From IMG/VR virus record IMGVR_UViG_3300042923_000281, positions 212,979 through 276,978 of that record: 64,000 nucleotides of DNA. One strand, written 5' to 3'. The position numbers and the translations under genes were made by a program. The number at the start of each line of letters is the position of its first letter. The stretch's first letter is position 1. Under the pieces are notes generated by a model that did no database searches, was not told where the DNA came from, and saw only the letters and a list, made by a program, of their open reading frames with translations. Positions 9,781-19,075 of the stretch are shown piece by piece.

Positions 9781-10701
9781 TCACTTCTTGGGGGTCTGTG
9801 CGTCGAAGAACGCGTCAGTGACAGCCTTCACGGTACCTGACGGATCAGGGTCACGTGGATCGGTCGTGATCTTCAACGTCTTGCCAGAGAGCGCCATGGA
9901 CAAGTCATCGGCCCACTCTTCAATGCAGCCCTTCATCATGGACTCATTGGTGGCGATGCGTACGTCAGCGTCCCAGCCCACAGCGGCCATGTGCTTGACC
10001 ATGTCGTGTTCCAGACGTGGCGGGACATCGTTCTCACGAGGGTTCAGCCAGAAGCCTACGTCGATGTCCTTGGTGTTGCTGTGGATGATCAAGGCGTAAT
10101 GGTTCAACGTACCAATCTGGATGACCAGCTTTGGCTCACGGCTGAAGACCGGATACTGCGAACGTTTGATACGACGGATGACCACACCTGTTGGCGTCCG
10201 CATGCTGAAGCGACCAGTCACGAAGTTGTATTCGAACCAGAACACCGGGCAGACAAAGTTCAGAGTCTGGTTCAGTCGATCCAGATCTGGTTTGCCGAGG
10301 GGGTTGCCTCGCACCTTGAACATCACAGGGGCAATGACGCGGTACAGGTTGCGGATGGTGTCGTCGTATTCAGCCCACTCGTACAGTCTGGCAGGAGCCA
10401 CCAAGAAGTACGTGTAGCTGTTTGGGTTCCCCAGCGTCAAGCGCAGGTTAGGGACTTGGTCGATGCTCTTGACCGAACCACGTTTGTGGCGCATCTCGGT
10501 GATGGTCAGCACATGGCTGAAGTCCAGCGGTTCAGTCTCACACACCTTTTCGATGAGGATGGTGAGAGTCTCAGACGACAAGCGCATGCCGTCATAGATC
10601 CGAAGTGAATCGCACAGCTGTGCACCTAGGACTTCACGCAGGAAGCCGCCTTTGAATTGACGGTTCAACATGGAGTCGAGGTTGCTTCGTGTATCGCTCA
10701 T
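9781..10701 (-). CDS. Hypothetical protein (306 aa)
   Basis: GGAGA RBS; long ORF. Confidence 0.8.
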   Translation of the reverse strand: MSDTRSNLDSMLNRQFKGGFLREVLGAQLCDSLRIYDGMRLSSETLTILIEKVCETEPLDFSHVLTITEMRHKRGSVKSIDQVPNLRLTLGNPNSYTYFLVAPARLYEWAEYDDTIRNLYRVIAPVMFKVRGNPLGKPDLDRLNQTLNFVCPVFWFEYNFVTGRFSMRTPTGVVIRRIKRSQYPVFSREPKLVIQIGTLNHYALIIHSNTKDIDVGFWLNPRENDVPPRLEHDMVKHMAAVGWDADVRIATNESMMKGCIEEWADDLSMALSGKTLKITTDPRDPDPSGTVKAVTDAFFDAQTPKK

Positions 10702-10851
10702 GGGTGTATCTCCAAAAACTGACTGGCCTCACTTGAGGGCTTATTCTGTCAGTGAATTGATACAGGAACGGAATGTCCCTGCAATCTGCCCAAGCCGGGC
10801 AAATACGGTGTGTTGCTTGTACGATTGGTTGAGTTTGTTTTCTTTGACATT

Positions 10852-10880
10852 CGGAATAAAAGGAGGGCCGAAGCCCTCCC
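10852..10880 (-). terminator. Terminator after the helicase
   Basis: GGGAGGGC-TTCG-GCCCTCC then TTTTATTCCG. Confidence 0.85.
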
Positions 10881-10881
10881 G

Positions 10882-12438
10882 TTATCCGTTGGTGGTCAGG
10901 ACGTACCGCGACATGACTTCCATGTGCGAGACTACCTTGCCTTTGAAGAACTCCAGCTTGTTCCTGTGGTACTTACAATGTTGCTCAATCTCCAAGCAGC
11001 CAAAGTAAATGAACTCAGGGGTCACATCTGGCCAACCGATCAGAGGACGCGTGCGCCCCAAGACCTGTTCGTTAGACTGACGCGAGTCAATTGCAGTCGA
11101 CATGAACGAGCAACGCAGGTTCTTGATGTCGATGGCGGTACCGCCCGAGCCGATGGTGGTGACACCAATGTCAGCTTCCAGCAATTCCTCGTAGGAGTCC
11201 CCCTCAGAGCCGACGTAACGCACGACGTTCAACTCTGGGTACATCTTCCTCAGACGCTCCACAAACAGCGTACAGAGGTCTACACGGGCAAAGAACACCA
11301 GTGCCTTCTGTCCTTCCTCACGCACCGACACGAAGCGGTTGTAGATCGCATGGTCGATGATCTTGAGGTAGGACTTCAGAAGCCCCTTATGCCGCATGAC
11401 GGATTCTTCGAACGTGGTGTGCGAGTAACCCTGAGCCCCCATGAACTTGATCCGAACTTCCGGGTCCATGTGGTACAAGATCGCAGTCACACCAATGTAG
11501 ACGTTGTAACCCCCGCCGTCATGGCGCTGTTGCGTTGGGTAACCGACGTCGTACATTCTGTTCTTGAACGCATCCGAGCTGACCATGGTAGCGGACAGGC
11601 CCAGTGTCTTGTACGTGTGCGTGTACAAGTCAATGCGGTAGTTGTTGTGGAACTCTTGGTGCAGCTCATCCGTCACCCGGAAGCCAATACCGGTCTTCGG
11701 GTAGAAGTCGATAGGCTTGATCGGATAGAGCTTGCTGTTACCGTTGGACTCCTCGTAGTTCTTGAGGTATTCACGCATGGTACCAGCCGTGATGATCACG
11801 ACTTGCAGTTTGTCCAGATCACCGTCCAGCGCCATTTGCTGAAGGGCGATCATGTCCTTACCACCACGCACGATCAGGAACTCACCACGCTTGAACTTGA
11901 AGGTCTCCTCCAAGTCATCCTTCCACCGGGAGACGTAACCGCCTTTGAAGTGGATGGCGGTGCGCAGTTCCAGTTTGTTCATGCAGTACTGGGCGACGTA
12001 GGTTTTACCGCCCCCGGTCTGCAACGTGACCATCTTGATGATCGGGTCCCACTTGGGGTTCTGATCGTCAAGCACGTATTCGATGATCCCGACTTGTCGC
12101 TCACGCGGTGGGAACATCTTACGGACGTCGAACTGGACCTTCGGAAGGATATCCTTGGACACGACGTGGTGAGTGATGGGGACCAGATGCTGAGCGTAGC
12201 CCAGGTTCCCGAATAGGTGGCGCTTCAGGGCATCGAGTTGGTTCCTGTGAAAGCTGAACTCTTTTCGATTCCGTGTAGCCGCAGCAAATGTACGAAGGCC
12301 TTTTGGAACGAATCGCCTGCCCTGTTTCTCATATCCCATCTCGATCAAGGGCCTGCAAAACGCCAACATCGCCTGGAGGTCACGATCAGTAGTTACATCG
12401 GTAACCCTTAACCCGTGACTGTAGACATCGATTTTCAT
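10882..12438 (-). CDS. SF2 DExH helicase (phiKZ gp75-like)
   Basis: Motif I LQTGGGKT, II DELH, III SAT, VI QVLGRTR; follows nvRNAP beta'-C as in phiKZ. Confidence 0.93.
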   Translation of the reverse strand: MKIDVYSHGLRVTDVTTDRDLQAMLAFCRPLIEMGYEKQGRRFVPKGLRTFAAATRNRKEFSFHRNQLDALKRHLFGNLGYAQHLVPITHHVVSKDILPKVQFDVRKMFPPRERQVGIIEYVLDDQNPKWDPIIKMVTLQTGGGKTYVAQYCMNKLELRTAIHFKGGYVSRWKDDLEETFKFKRGEFLIVRGGKDMIALQQMALDGDLDKLQVVIITAGTMREYLKNYEESNGNSKLYPIKPIDFYPKTGIGFRVTDELHQEFHNNYRIDLYTHTYKTLGLSATMVSSDAFKNRMYDVGYPTQQRHDGGGYNVYIGVTAILYHMDPEVRIKFMGAQGYSHTTFEESVMRHKGLLKSYLKIIDHAIYNRFVSVREEGQKALVFFARVDLCTLFVERLRKMYPELNVVRYVGSEGDSYEELLEADIGVTTIGSGGTAIDIKNLRCSFMSTAIDSRQSNEQVLGRTRPLIGWPDVTPEFIYFGCLEIEQHCKYHRNKLEFFKGKVVSHMEVMSRYVLTTNG

Positions 12439-12500
12439 GGGACATCCCTAACTGGCGGCATACGACTGTTACATAACAAACCTCATTTAGATGATAAAAA

Positions 12501-12540
12501 ACTGTCCACCGACGTCCATAGACGTCCACGGAGATCCATG
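12501..12540. repeat. Four imperfect 10-bp direct repeats
   Basis: actGTCCAcc gacGTCCAta gacGTCCAcg gagaTCCAtg. Confidence 0.6.
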
Positions 12541-12576
12541 AAACAAAATAGAAAGAGGAGCCCGAAGGCTCCTCTC
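12541..12576 (-). terminator. Intrinsic terminator after nvRNAP beta'-C
   Basis: GAGAGGAGCC-TTCG-GGCTCCTCT then TTCTATTTTGTTT. Confidence 0.85.
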
Positions 12577-12581
12577 ACTGG

Positions 12582-14684
12582 TCAGATCACTTCTGGGAAC
12601 ACGAACGGATCGAGGAGTCCAGCAGGCCGCTTGGTGATCAAGTAGCTGTCTGGATCTTCGATCATGTCCGGTTGACGCTCGTACGCCAGTTGCTGACCGC
12701 CAGAGCGGTACTGCATCAAGGTCCGGTGTTCCTCGAACTTCGTAGGCCGGCCAAACTCTGGCAGGCAATAGTCGTCCGGGTCATCGGCTGGGCGCATGAG
12801 CGACAGCAGGATCACTTCAAGGTGACTGATGGACACTTTCAACTGAGAGTTCACCAAGTCACTGAAGTCCAACAAGGCTGCCACGGGGTCCGTGTAGCTG
12901 GTCAACATCTTGCCCGAGAACCCATTCCGTTCCGACTTCTTCGCCGGAGATCGGATAAAGGCCTCAACTGCTGCCATGAAGTCCAGCGTACTGGCGTGGC
13001 GGCGTGGCAAGGAGAACGCTGGTGCACCGAAGTCCCATTGACTCAGGTCGATGCAGAAGTCCCCGTTCTCGTTGATCGTGTACCCGTGTTCCTGGATGTA
13101 GTACAGCATGAGGCGCGACAGCGACCCCAGACGTGCACCTTGGCAAACCGGTACCCATGCGTCATAGACTTCATCACGCAGGTTGGTGGTACGGATCTGC
13201 ACTTCCCGGAAGGCAGTGAAGCGGTGGATATTCAGACGTTCGATGACGGTATCTTTGTTGATACCTGCCAGCTCGGTCCCGTTGTCGGTGTTCTTGTCCG
13301 CAGAAGCCTGAAGGATCAGAATCGGATTCATCTTCTTCAAGCGTGGGTTGAACTTCAGCAACGACGATTCACGGGCAGTCTCAGGAATTGCTTCGCCGAG
13401 TGCTTCTTCCGTAACGTTCGACATCACTTCCACGTCTGCGTTGTCGTTCATGGCCGGGTCACTGGCACAGACATCGATGTACGGCAAGTGCTCCTCCGCA
13501 ATCACGATCTCCTCTACCACCGACGAGCCGTCCAAGTGTTTCACGGACAGCGTTCGCTGGGAGCCTTCCCGGCACAGCTCGGTGGCACACACGTGGCCCA
13601 AGCTGGTTTCCCGTGGGATCGACCATGCCAGCTCACCGAAGCAAACGTGGCAGACTTCACCCGCACCGCGGTACTTGCAGAACATGCTGGACCGCATCTT
13701 GATGGTCTGACCTTTCAGCGCCTTCATCTGTGCCGTGTTATCGGCATGGATGGGGGTGAGCTTGTTGGTCTTCTCGTTCAAGAAGAACTTGCCGTCCAGG
13801 TGCGACCAGAGGCTGGAGTCCACCACGAGTTCGGCGTACTGATCCGAACCGCAGTCGTTCCAGATGAGCTTGTCCACAACCGTAGTGGAGAGCTGCATTT
13901 TCCGGTTAAAGTACTCAACGATCCGCAGGGGCTTCTTGGTGAACAGCAAAGCCTTCTTCGCGGAGCACGACTCGATCATGATGTCGTGCATCTTGGTCAG
14001 GCCTTCGAAGAAGCCTACCGTGATCGGTTTACGGAAGATCACCTGATCGAGGTCAGTCCGGTAGCCCAGGCAGAGGATGATCTGCATGAACTGGCCCATC
14101 TTGATCTGCTTGGAGCGCAGACCACGCACGATCGGGTTGTGCAGGATAGCTGGGTCCTTCATCAGGACTTCAGCGGTTCTGTCCATCGCATTACTGATAG
14201 ACAGCTGGTTCTCCTGCAACGTCCCACGAATCTCCACCAACGGCGGATAGTCGTACAGCTCCAGCAAGTGGAAGCCGTTGATGTGTACGTGCCACTCTTC
14301 CAGGTTGATCGACAACACGTTGTAGATGTCGTTACCCACATCTTTGACCACACGCCACACGTCCTCCCGGTCGTAGCACTGGTCATGGTTAGCCATTTCC
14401 TGGCCAGGGGTGAAGTAGGTGTAGTGCAGGGACCGCACGATGTTGGAGAGCGTCTTGGGCACCATGTCGGCACTTGGGAACGCATTACCGATGTGGTGGT
14501 TCATGTTGAGCGGCGTGCGTGGGAAATTCCGGTGCAGCTCCCAGCAGAACCAGCTCAACGCTGTCCGGCGAGTGGTGGTCTCAAGGATACCGTCGTCGAA
14601 CTCGATCTCCAGTACTTCATCGGGCAGTGGCCATTCCGCAACGATGTCGCGGTTCATGAACTCCCGTGCCTTAATTCTGCGCAT
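12582..14684 (-). CDS. Non-virion RNAP beta' C-terminal subunit (phiKZ gp74-like)
   Basis: DCGS, MRSSMFC...CHVCFG zinc site, SQRTLSVKH trigger-loop-like motif; GAGGAGG RBS. Confidence 0.92.
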   Translation of the reverse strand: MRRIKAREFMNRDIVAEWPLPDEVLEIEFDDGILETTTRRTALSWFCWELHRNFPRTPLNMNHHIGNAFPSADMVPKTLSNIVRSLHYTYFTPGQEMANHDQCYDREDVWRVVKDVGNDIYNVLSINLEEWHVHINGFHLLELYDYPPLVEIRGTLQENQLSISNAMDRTAEVLMKDPAILHNPIVRGLRSKQIKMGQFMQIILCLGYRTDLDQVIFRKPITVGFFEGLTKMHDIMIESCSAKKALLFTKKPLRIVEYFNRKMQLSTTVVDKLIWNDCGSDQYAELVVDSSLWSHLDGKFFLNEKTNKLTPIHADNTAQMKALKGQTIKMRSSMFCKYRGAGEVCHVCFGELAWSIPRETSLGHVCATELCREGSQRTLSVKHLDGSSVVEEIVIAEEHLPYIDVCASDPAMNDNADVEVMSNVTEEALGEAIPETARESSLLKFNPRLKKMNPILILQASADKNTDNGTELAGINKDTVIERLNIHRFTAFREVQIRTTNLRDEVYDAWVPVCQGARLGSLSRLMLYYIQEHGYTINENGDFCIDLSQWDFGAPAFSLPRRHASTLDFMAAVEAFIRSPAKKSERNGFSGKMLTSYTDPVAALLDFSDLVNSQLKVSISHLEVILLSLMRPADDPDDYCLPEFGRPTKFEEHRTLMQYRSGGQQLAYERQPDMIEDPDSYLITKRPAGLLDPFVFPEVI

Positions 14685-14916
14685 TGGAGCCCTCCTCGGT
14701 ATTGGCTACCTTGAGGCGGGTCTTCACCACCTCGTACAGCTCGACTGTCTTGGTAATGCCCGAGGACTTCGCCTGACCAGTAGCGATCCTTTCGAACGCT
14801 TCTTCAGCCTGCACTTTGTCAGTGCCGCTGTGAAGTACGACTTTGACGTCGTACTCCCCGTGTGCAGCTACCTCGTACCGGGTTTCCGGCTTGAAGGCTT
14901 GTTCGCTGTAGCCCAT
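14671..14916 (-). CDS. Small hypothetical protein (81 aa) between two nvRNAP subunits
   Basis: GGAG RBS before ATG 14916 (MGYSEQAF...); overlaps the start of the next gene. Confidence 0.7.
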   Translation of the reverse strand: MGYSEQAFKPETRYEVAAHGEYDVKVVLHSGTDKVQAEEAFERIATGQAKSSGITKTVELYEVVKTRLKVANTEEGSNAQN

Positions 14917-14921
14917 GATGC

Positions 14922-17156
14922 TTACTCCGTATATTCGTTGGTGAGCTGCTTGCCAGAACATTCGAACATGTTGCGCATGTAGGCCAACGGACGATGTCCA
15001 CCAACAGGCACCACGGCACGATCGAGGACTTCTTCGACGTTCGTAGGCGTAGGGTGGGTCAGCAACCGTCGGAGCACGAACTTGTGCGCGATTGGGTTGT
15101 TGGACGCATCCTTCTGATCCGCGATCGCTTCACCACCGCACACGGCAGCTTCGGACCGGAACTCAGACTCACCGACACGGATAGACGACTGACGACCGGG
15201 AGAGTCGTACTTGTCGTTGTTACTCAGACGCGCTGTTGTACCGAAGACGTTGCACTTCGCAGACGATGCCGCCATCCACGAGTCTTCTGCGGTCTTTTCA
15301 AGGTTGATGTAGTAGGACGGGGCAATCAACATCGGTTCACGAGAAACCTTCATGTTGCCATCACGACCACGGAAACGCACCGGCGTAATAAACGGCGGCC
15401 AGCGCTCCTTAATGGTACGGATCACGTCCGGCATGTGGATCGGGTTGTTGGTCGGCATCTCCAGGTCGATACCGTACATGTGGTCGAACATCACAGAGGC
15501 TACCTGTGTGTACATGTACTCTGGGTTGAACTTCCGATACTCCGGATCGGTCAGGTCTTGCCATTGGAACGGCACCACGACCTTGTAGAACTCCAGCATC
15601 TCATTGAACGCTGCTTCCACCAAGTCACGGTTCTCTGGAGCGAACACGGCATCGTTGGCTTCTTCTTCGGTGATCTGCGTATTCAGCGGAAAGCCAAAGG
15701 AAGCTTGGATGCGTTTACCCAAGTCACGGGCGGCACCAGCAATGATCATTTCGATCGGAGAGGCTGGGGTTACCCGGTTCCAGCGAGAGTTCGGGTCGAC
15801 CACGATGTCAGCGACGATGCCGTTCTCATCGACTGGCATGTCTTCGTCTTCAACCACCTCAACGACGACCGACTTGTTCCCGTTGATGTCGGTGATCTTA
15901 TAGCCCTTGTTGGGAACCGACAGGTACTTGAACGTAATCTCTACGCGCCAAGCATCCAGTTTGAGCCCACGGTAGACTTTGTCGACCTTGCCGTTGTCAT
16001 CGTACTTCTTGTTGAACCCACCGTCAGGACGGATGTAGTCCGGCGTCACGCGGCCAATGGCCTCGTACACCAGATGGCTCAACGCAGGTTCCATCGGCAG
16101 CTCGCTGTAACCACGACGGCGAGCGTCCTTACGCTTATCCACCCAGAAGTCAACGATCTTCTTGTAGAACTCGGTGTCAGCGTTGTAGTACTTGAGCAGT
16201 TGCTCGTCCATGCCCACAGGCAGCGGCGGGATCGGGATCGAGGTGTTACGCTCAACCTTGATGTCCACCACCTCAGCATCAATGTGCTGCACGAAGCGCT
16301 TGCGGTCGAAGATGTAGTCCGGCTGCATCAACGCATCGACAGTCATGTTTGCCACAGCGCTGATTGGATCGTAGCGGCGCAGGGCCACCAACAGACCGGT
16401 ACTACTGACCTTCTCACCCAGATCGGGCATGATCTTGTAGACGCCCGGTATCGGTGATTGGTTGGTAGGGAAGAACTCTCGCCCGAATTCGAACACCCGG
16501 GTCTCAAATCCTGTGGGGGCCAACGACTCCAGATAACCACGGCGTGCCTTAACACCGTCTTCAGTCCCTGCCACGTCGGACGCCATGAGCACGTTCGTCT
16601 CACGACCGTACATGTAGTTCTTGTGTTCATCGATCAACGGGCTGTGTGCCAGTCGAGTGCCTTTCTTAAACCGCACGCCCTTACGCATTTTGTCGAGCGC
16701 ATCGCGGTTACGCTTGAACTCCGTGCCAAAGTGTTGGTGAGTGACGTGGTAGTCCGTCAACATCGTGACGCCAAGTTCCTTCGTGCGAAGGTTCTCGTAC
16801 AACACGGCTGTCTGTGGTGAATGACGGATACGGTTTGCGCCTGCCGTGTGGCCAAAGCGGGGAATGATCTCGAGTACTTCGACATCATCGTCGAACTCGA
16901 TCGAGAACGTTGCTTCGCCAAAAGGGCGCTCCATCCCAGAACGGATGCGTTTGCGCATGGGGTTCTTGATAACCACCATCTGCGCCAAGTTACCAGTAAA
17001 CATCGCCGCCCGGCTGGCGGAGATGTGCCGGATAAACGGGTTGAGTCCGTACAGCGACATCAGCTCCGGATGAAGTTCAACCGGGTTGTGCCATGACTGC
17101 TGCGCATAGAGCTTAGCCAACTGCTCTTGCACGGACGGGGTACTGTCGTTGAACAT
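14922..17156 (-). CDS. Non-virion RNAP beta C-terminal subunit (phiKZ gp71-73-like), uninterrupted
   Basis: SASRAAM, EDG, GYKITDINGNKSVV (GDK...HGNKG equivalent), DIVVDPNS..NR, RVGESE; start is GTG or ATG near 17156. Confidence 0.92.
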   Translation of the reverse strand: MFNDSTPSVQEQLAKLYAQQSWHNPVELHPELMSLYGLNPFIRHISASRAAMFTGNLAQMVVIKNPMRKRIRSGMERPFGEATFSIEFDDDVEVLEIIPRFGHTAGANRIRHSPQTAVLYENLRTKELGVTMLTDYHVTHQHFGTEFKRNRDALDKMRKGVRFKKGTRLAHSPLIDEHKNYMYGRETNVLMASDVAGTEDGVKARRGYLESLAPTGFETRVFEFGREFFPTNQSPIPGVYKIMPDLGEKVSSTGLLVALRRYDPISAVANMTVDALMQPDYIFDRKRFVQHIDAEVVDIKVERNTSIPIPPLPVGMDEQLLKYYNADTEFYKKIVDFWVDKRKDARRRGYSELPMEPALSHLVYEAIGRVTPDYIRPDGGFNKKYDDNGKVDKVYRGLKLDAWRVEITFKYLSVPNKGYKITDINGNKSVVVEVVEDEDMPVDENGIVADIVVDPNSRWNRVTPASPIEMIIAGAARDLGKRIQASFGFPLNTQITEEEANDAVFAPENRDLVEAAFNEMLEFYKVVVPFQWQDLTDPEYRKFNPEYMYTQVASVMFDHMYGIDLEMPTNNPIHMPDVIRTIKERWPPFITPVRFRGRDGNMKVSREPMLIAPSYYINLEKTAEDSWMAASSAKCNVFGTTARLSNNDKYDSPGRQSSIRVGESEFRSEAAVCGGEAIADQKDASNNPIAHKFVLRRLLTHPTPTNVEEVLDRAVVPVGGHRPLAYMRNMFECSGKQLTNEYTE

Positions 17157-17202
17157 CGGTTACTCCCATTACACTACAGGTTAGCGTTCGCTTACCAATT
17201 AG

Positions 17203-17229
17203 ATAATGTATCTCTGAAGAAAATTCAAA
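17203..17229 (-). promoter_or_regulatory. Putative phage early promoter
   Basis: TTTGAA-N13-TACATTAT upstream of nvRNAP beta-C. Confidence 0.7.
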
Positions 17230-17243
17230 CGAGGAACACGGGC

Positions 17244-17582
17244 ATGAGCCAGTTGCTTAACAACCTGATGCAAGTCGAAGGCGCTACGACCTTCCACACA
17301 CCAGAATTCCTAAGTTACATCCACACCCATGAAGCATACCTCAAGGCGAACTCGATCAAGACTCCCTTGGACCCGGGACTCGTTCACAAGTTCGAGTACA
17401 ACTTCATGTCGCTCCTCGTAGAACTGAAGCTACCGATCGAGAATTTGCTGATCTTCATGGTGGTTAACGACCTCGATTGCCCTACACAGATGACCAGAGA
17501 CTTCAAGGAAATGAGGCTCCCGGACTTGGGAGTGGTCGACAACCTCAAGAACCTTTACCTACAGACACCAGGCCGTATCTAA
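17244..17582 (+). CDS. Small conserved protein, LysM/baseplate-wedge-like (112 aa)
   Basis: GAGGAA RBS before ATG 17244; IFMVVNDL..P...MRLP resembles a LysM/gp53-type motif (inference). Confidence 0.7.
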   Translation: MSQLLNNLMQVEGATTFHTPEFLSYIHTHEAYLKANSIKTPLDPGLVHKFEYNFMSLLVELKLPIENLLIFMVVNDLDCPTQMTRDFKEMRLPDLGVVDNLKNLYLQTPGRI

Positions 17583-17627
17583 CAAAGAAAAGAGGAGGGG
17601 GCGTAATTGCCCCTTCCTCTATGCCGT
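17581..17627. terminator. Bidirectional terminator hairpin
   Basis: AGAGGAGGGGGC...GCCCCTTCCTCT; A-tract on the left, ATGCCG on the right. Confidence 0.8.
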
Positions 17628-17630
17628 CAG

Positions 17631-19064
17631 TCAGAAGCGACTGCGGCTTTGCGTCTGCTGTGCACCGCTACCGAATGGACGACGACCGGAGGTGCTGCGC
17701 TCTTCCCGACGGAAGTCTTGACGACTCCAGCTGGTTTCACGCTCTGGCTCACGGTCACGGTCCAGGCCGAGATCAAAGCGGCGACCGCCACGTTCATCAC
17801 GGGTGTCACGGCTATCACGACCATCGCGGTTGTTCCAGCGGCCACCGCGGTCATCACGACCACGATCTTCACGGCTCCAGCGAGTGTCGCGGTCACGGTC
17901 ACCGCCACGGCGATCATCGTCACGACGGGTATCGCGCCCGCCATTCAGGTAATCGTCCAGCGACTTGCCACCGGTACGGCGAGCAGGTGGTTCGTCACGA
18001 CGTGCTTTGGTGCCTTGGTTCGAATCGTCGTCCACATCGAACGGCAGGTCGAGTTCATCAGCACGGCCACCGCTGCGGCTTTCATTGCTGGCACGGGTAG
18101 GTGGGGCAATGCGGGTGGACAGCTTCTCAGCCGTCTTCGCCACGTCTTTGGCTTCGGCCACGATGATGCAGCCTTCGTTACCTTCTTGCGGAGGCACGAT
18201 GCGGCGCATGTCAGCCAGGTCGTCCATGCCGTCAACCCAACTGGTGTCGATCAGCAGGTCGTCGGACAGCCAGCGGCCGGTTTCCTTGCCGTCAGCATCG
18301 ATGGCATGGCCCAGCAACTTCTTGTGCGTCTTGATGACGCCGTTGAGGTGCGTGGCAAATGCATTGAAGCCCATCATCAGTGCGTGGAAGTACGGCGCAG
18401 CCATGTTCTTGCTGCCGTAATCGTAGCCAGCACGAGTGTCCTCGTCACCCAGCACGATCTCGAACAACGCGATCAGGTTCTGACGCGCCTTCTTGGACGG
18501 GTACTTCACGCCGAGCAGTTCTTGCTCGTCGGTCAGCAACTGATCCAAGACTGGGAACTTGAACTTGGCAGCACGCAGCACGCCGTCCTTGTTACCCTTG
18601 CGCAGGCTGATGGACACCAGACGCTTCTCAGGCTCCGGCCCGATACGCAGGATGACCTTCTTCAGGAACTCGTAGGACCGTGCGTCCATGCCCGAGACCT
18701 GCTTCAGGTATTTGCTGGCATCTTTGCCGAGACGGGAGTGCTCACTGTCAGTGGCAGCCACACGGCCCAGCTCAGAGATCAACTGCACCGCGATCACGGT
18801 CAGCTTGAACATGATCTGATCGCGCATCGACTTGATCATGTCCGACTCACCACGGGTGATGTTCTCCGACAGCGGGTGATAGATCACCACACCACTGTCA
18901 TCACCGCGCAGATGCTCGGCAGTTGGCAGCACCACGCGCTTCTCGCCGATCATGAACGGCACAGTACGGTCTTCGCCCAGCACACGGCTCAGGTGACCTT
19001 TACCTGTCTCGTCGACGATCCCGATGGCATTGAGCACACGGGGGTTGAAATCATGGAGATCCAT
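17631..19064 (-). CDS. Conserved chimallivirus protein (phiKZ gp70-like) with an R/D/G-rich disordered tail
   Basis: Synteny after the PicA-like gene; GGGAG RBS; about 110-aa RD/RG tail. Confidence 0.8.
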   Translation of the reverse strand: MDLHDFNPRVLNAIGIVDETGKGHLSRVLGEDRTVPFMIGEKRVVLPTAEHLRGDDSGVVIYHPLSENITRGESDMIKSMRDQIMFKLTVIAVQLISELGRVAATDSEHSRLGKDASKYLKQVSGMDARSYEFLKKVILRIGPEPEKRLVSISLRKGNKDGVLRAAKFKFPVLDQLLTDEQELLGVKYPSKKARQNLIALFEIVLGDEDTRAGYDYGSKNMAAPYFHALMMGFNAFATHLNGVIKTHKKLLGHAIDADGKETGRWLSDDLLIDTSWVDGMDDLADMRRIVPPQEGNEGCIIVAEAKDVAKTAEKLSTRIAPPTRASNESRSGGRADELDLPFDVDDDSNQGTKARRDEPPARRTGGKSLDDYLNGGRDTRRDDDRRGGDRDRDTRWSREDRGRDDRGGRWNNRDGRDSRDTRDERGGRRFDLGLDRDREPERETSWSRQDFRREERSTSGRRPFGSGAQQTQSRSRF

Positions 19065-19075
19065 GTGTTACTCCC

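Noticed and set aside
10749-10850. 33-codon minus-strand ORF (MSKKTNSTN...)
   Set aside because: No RBS; the region is better explained as a hairpin leader.
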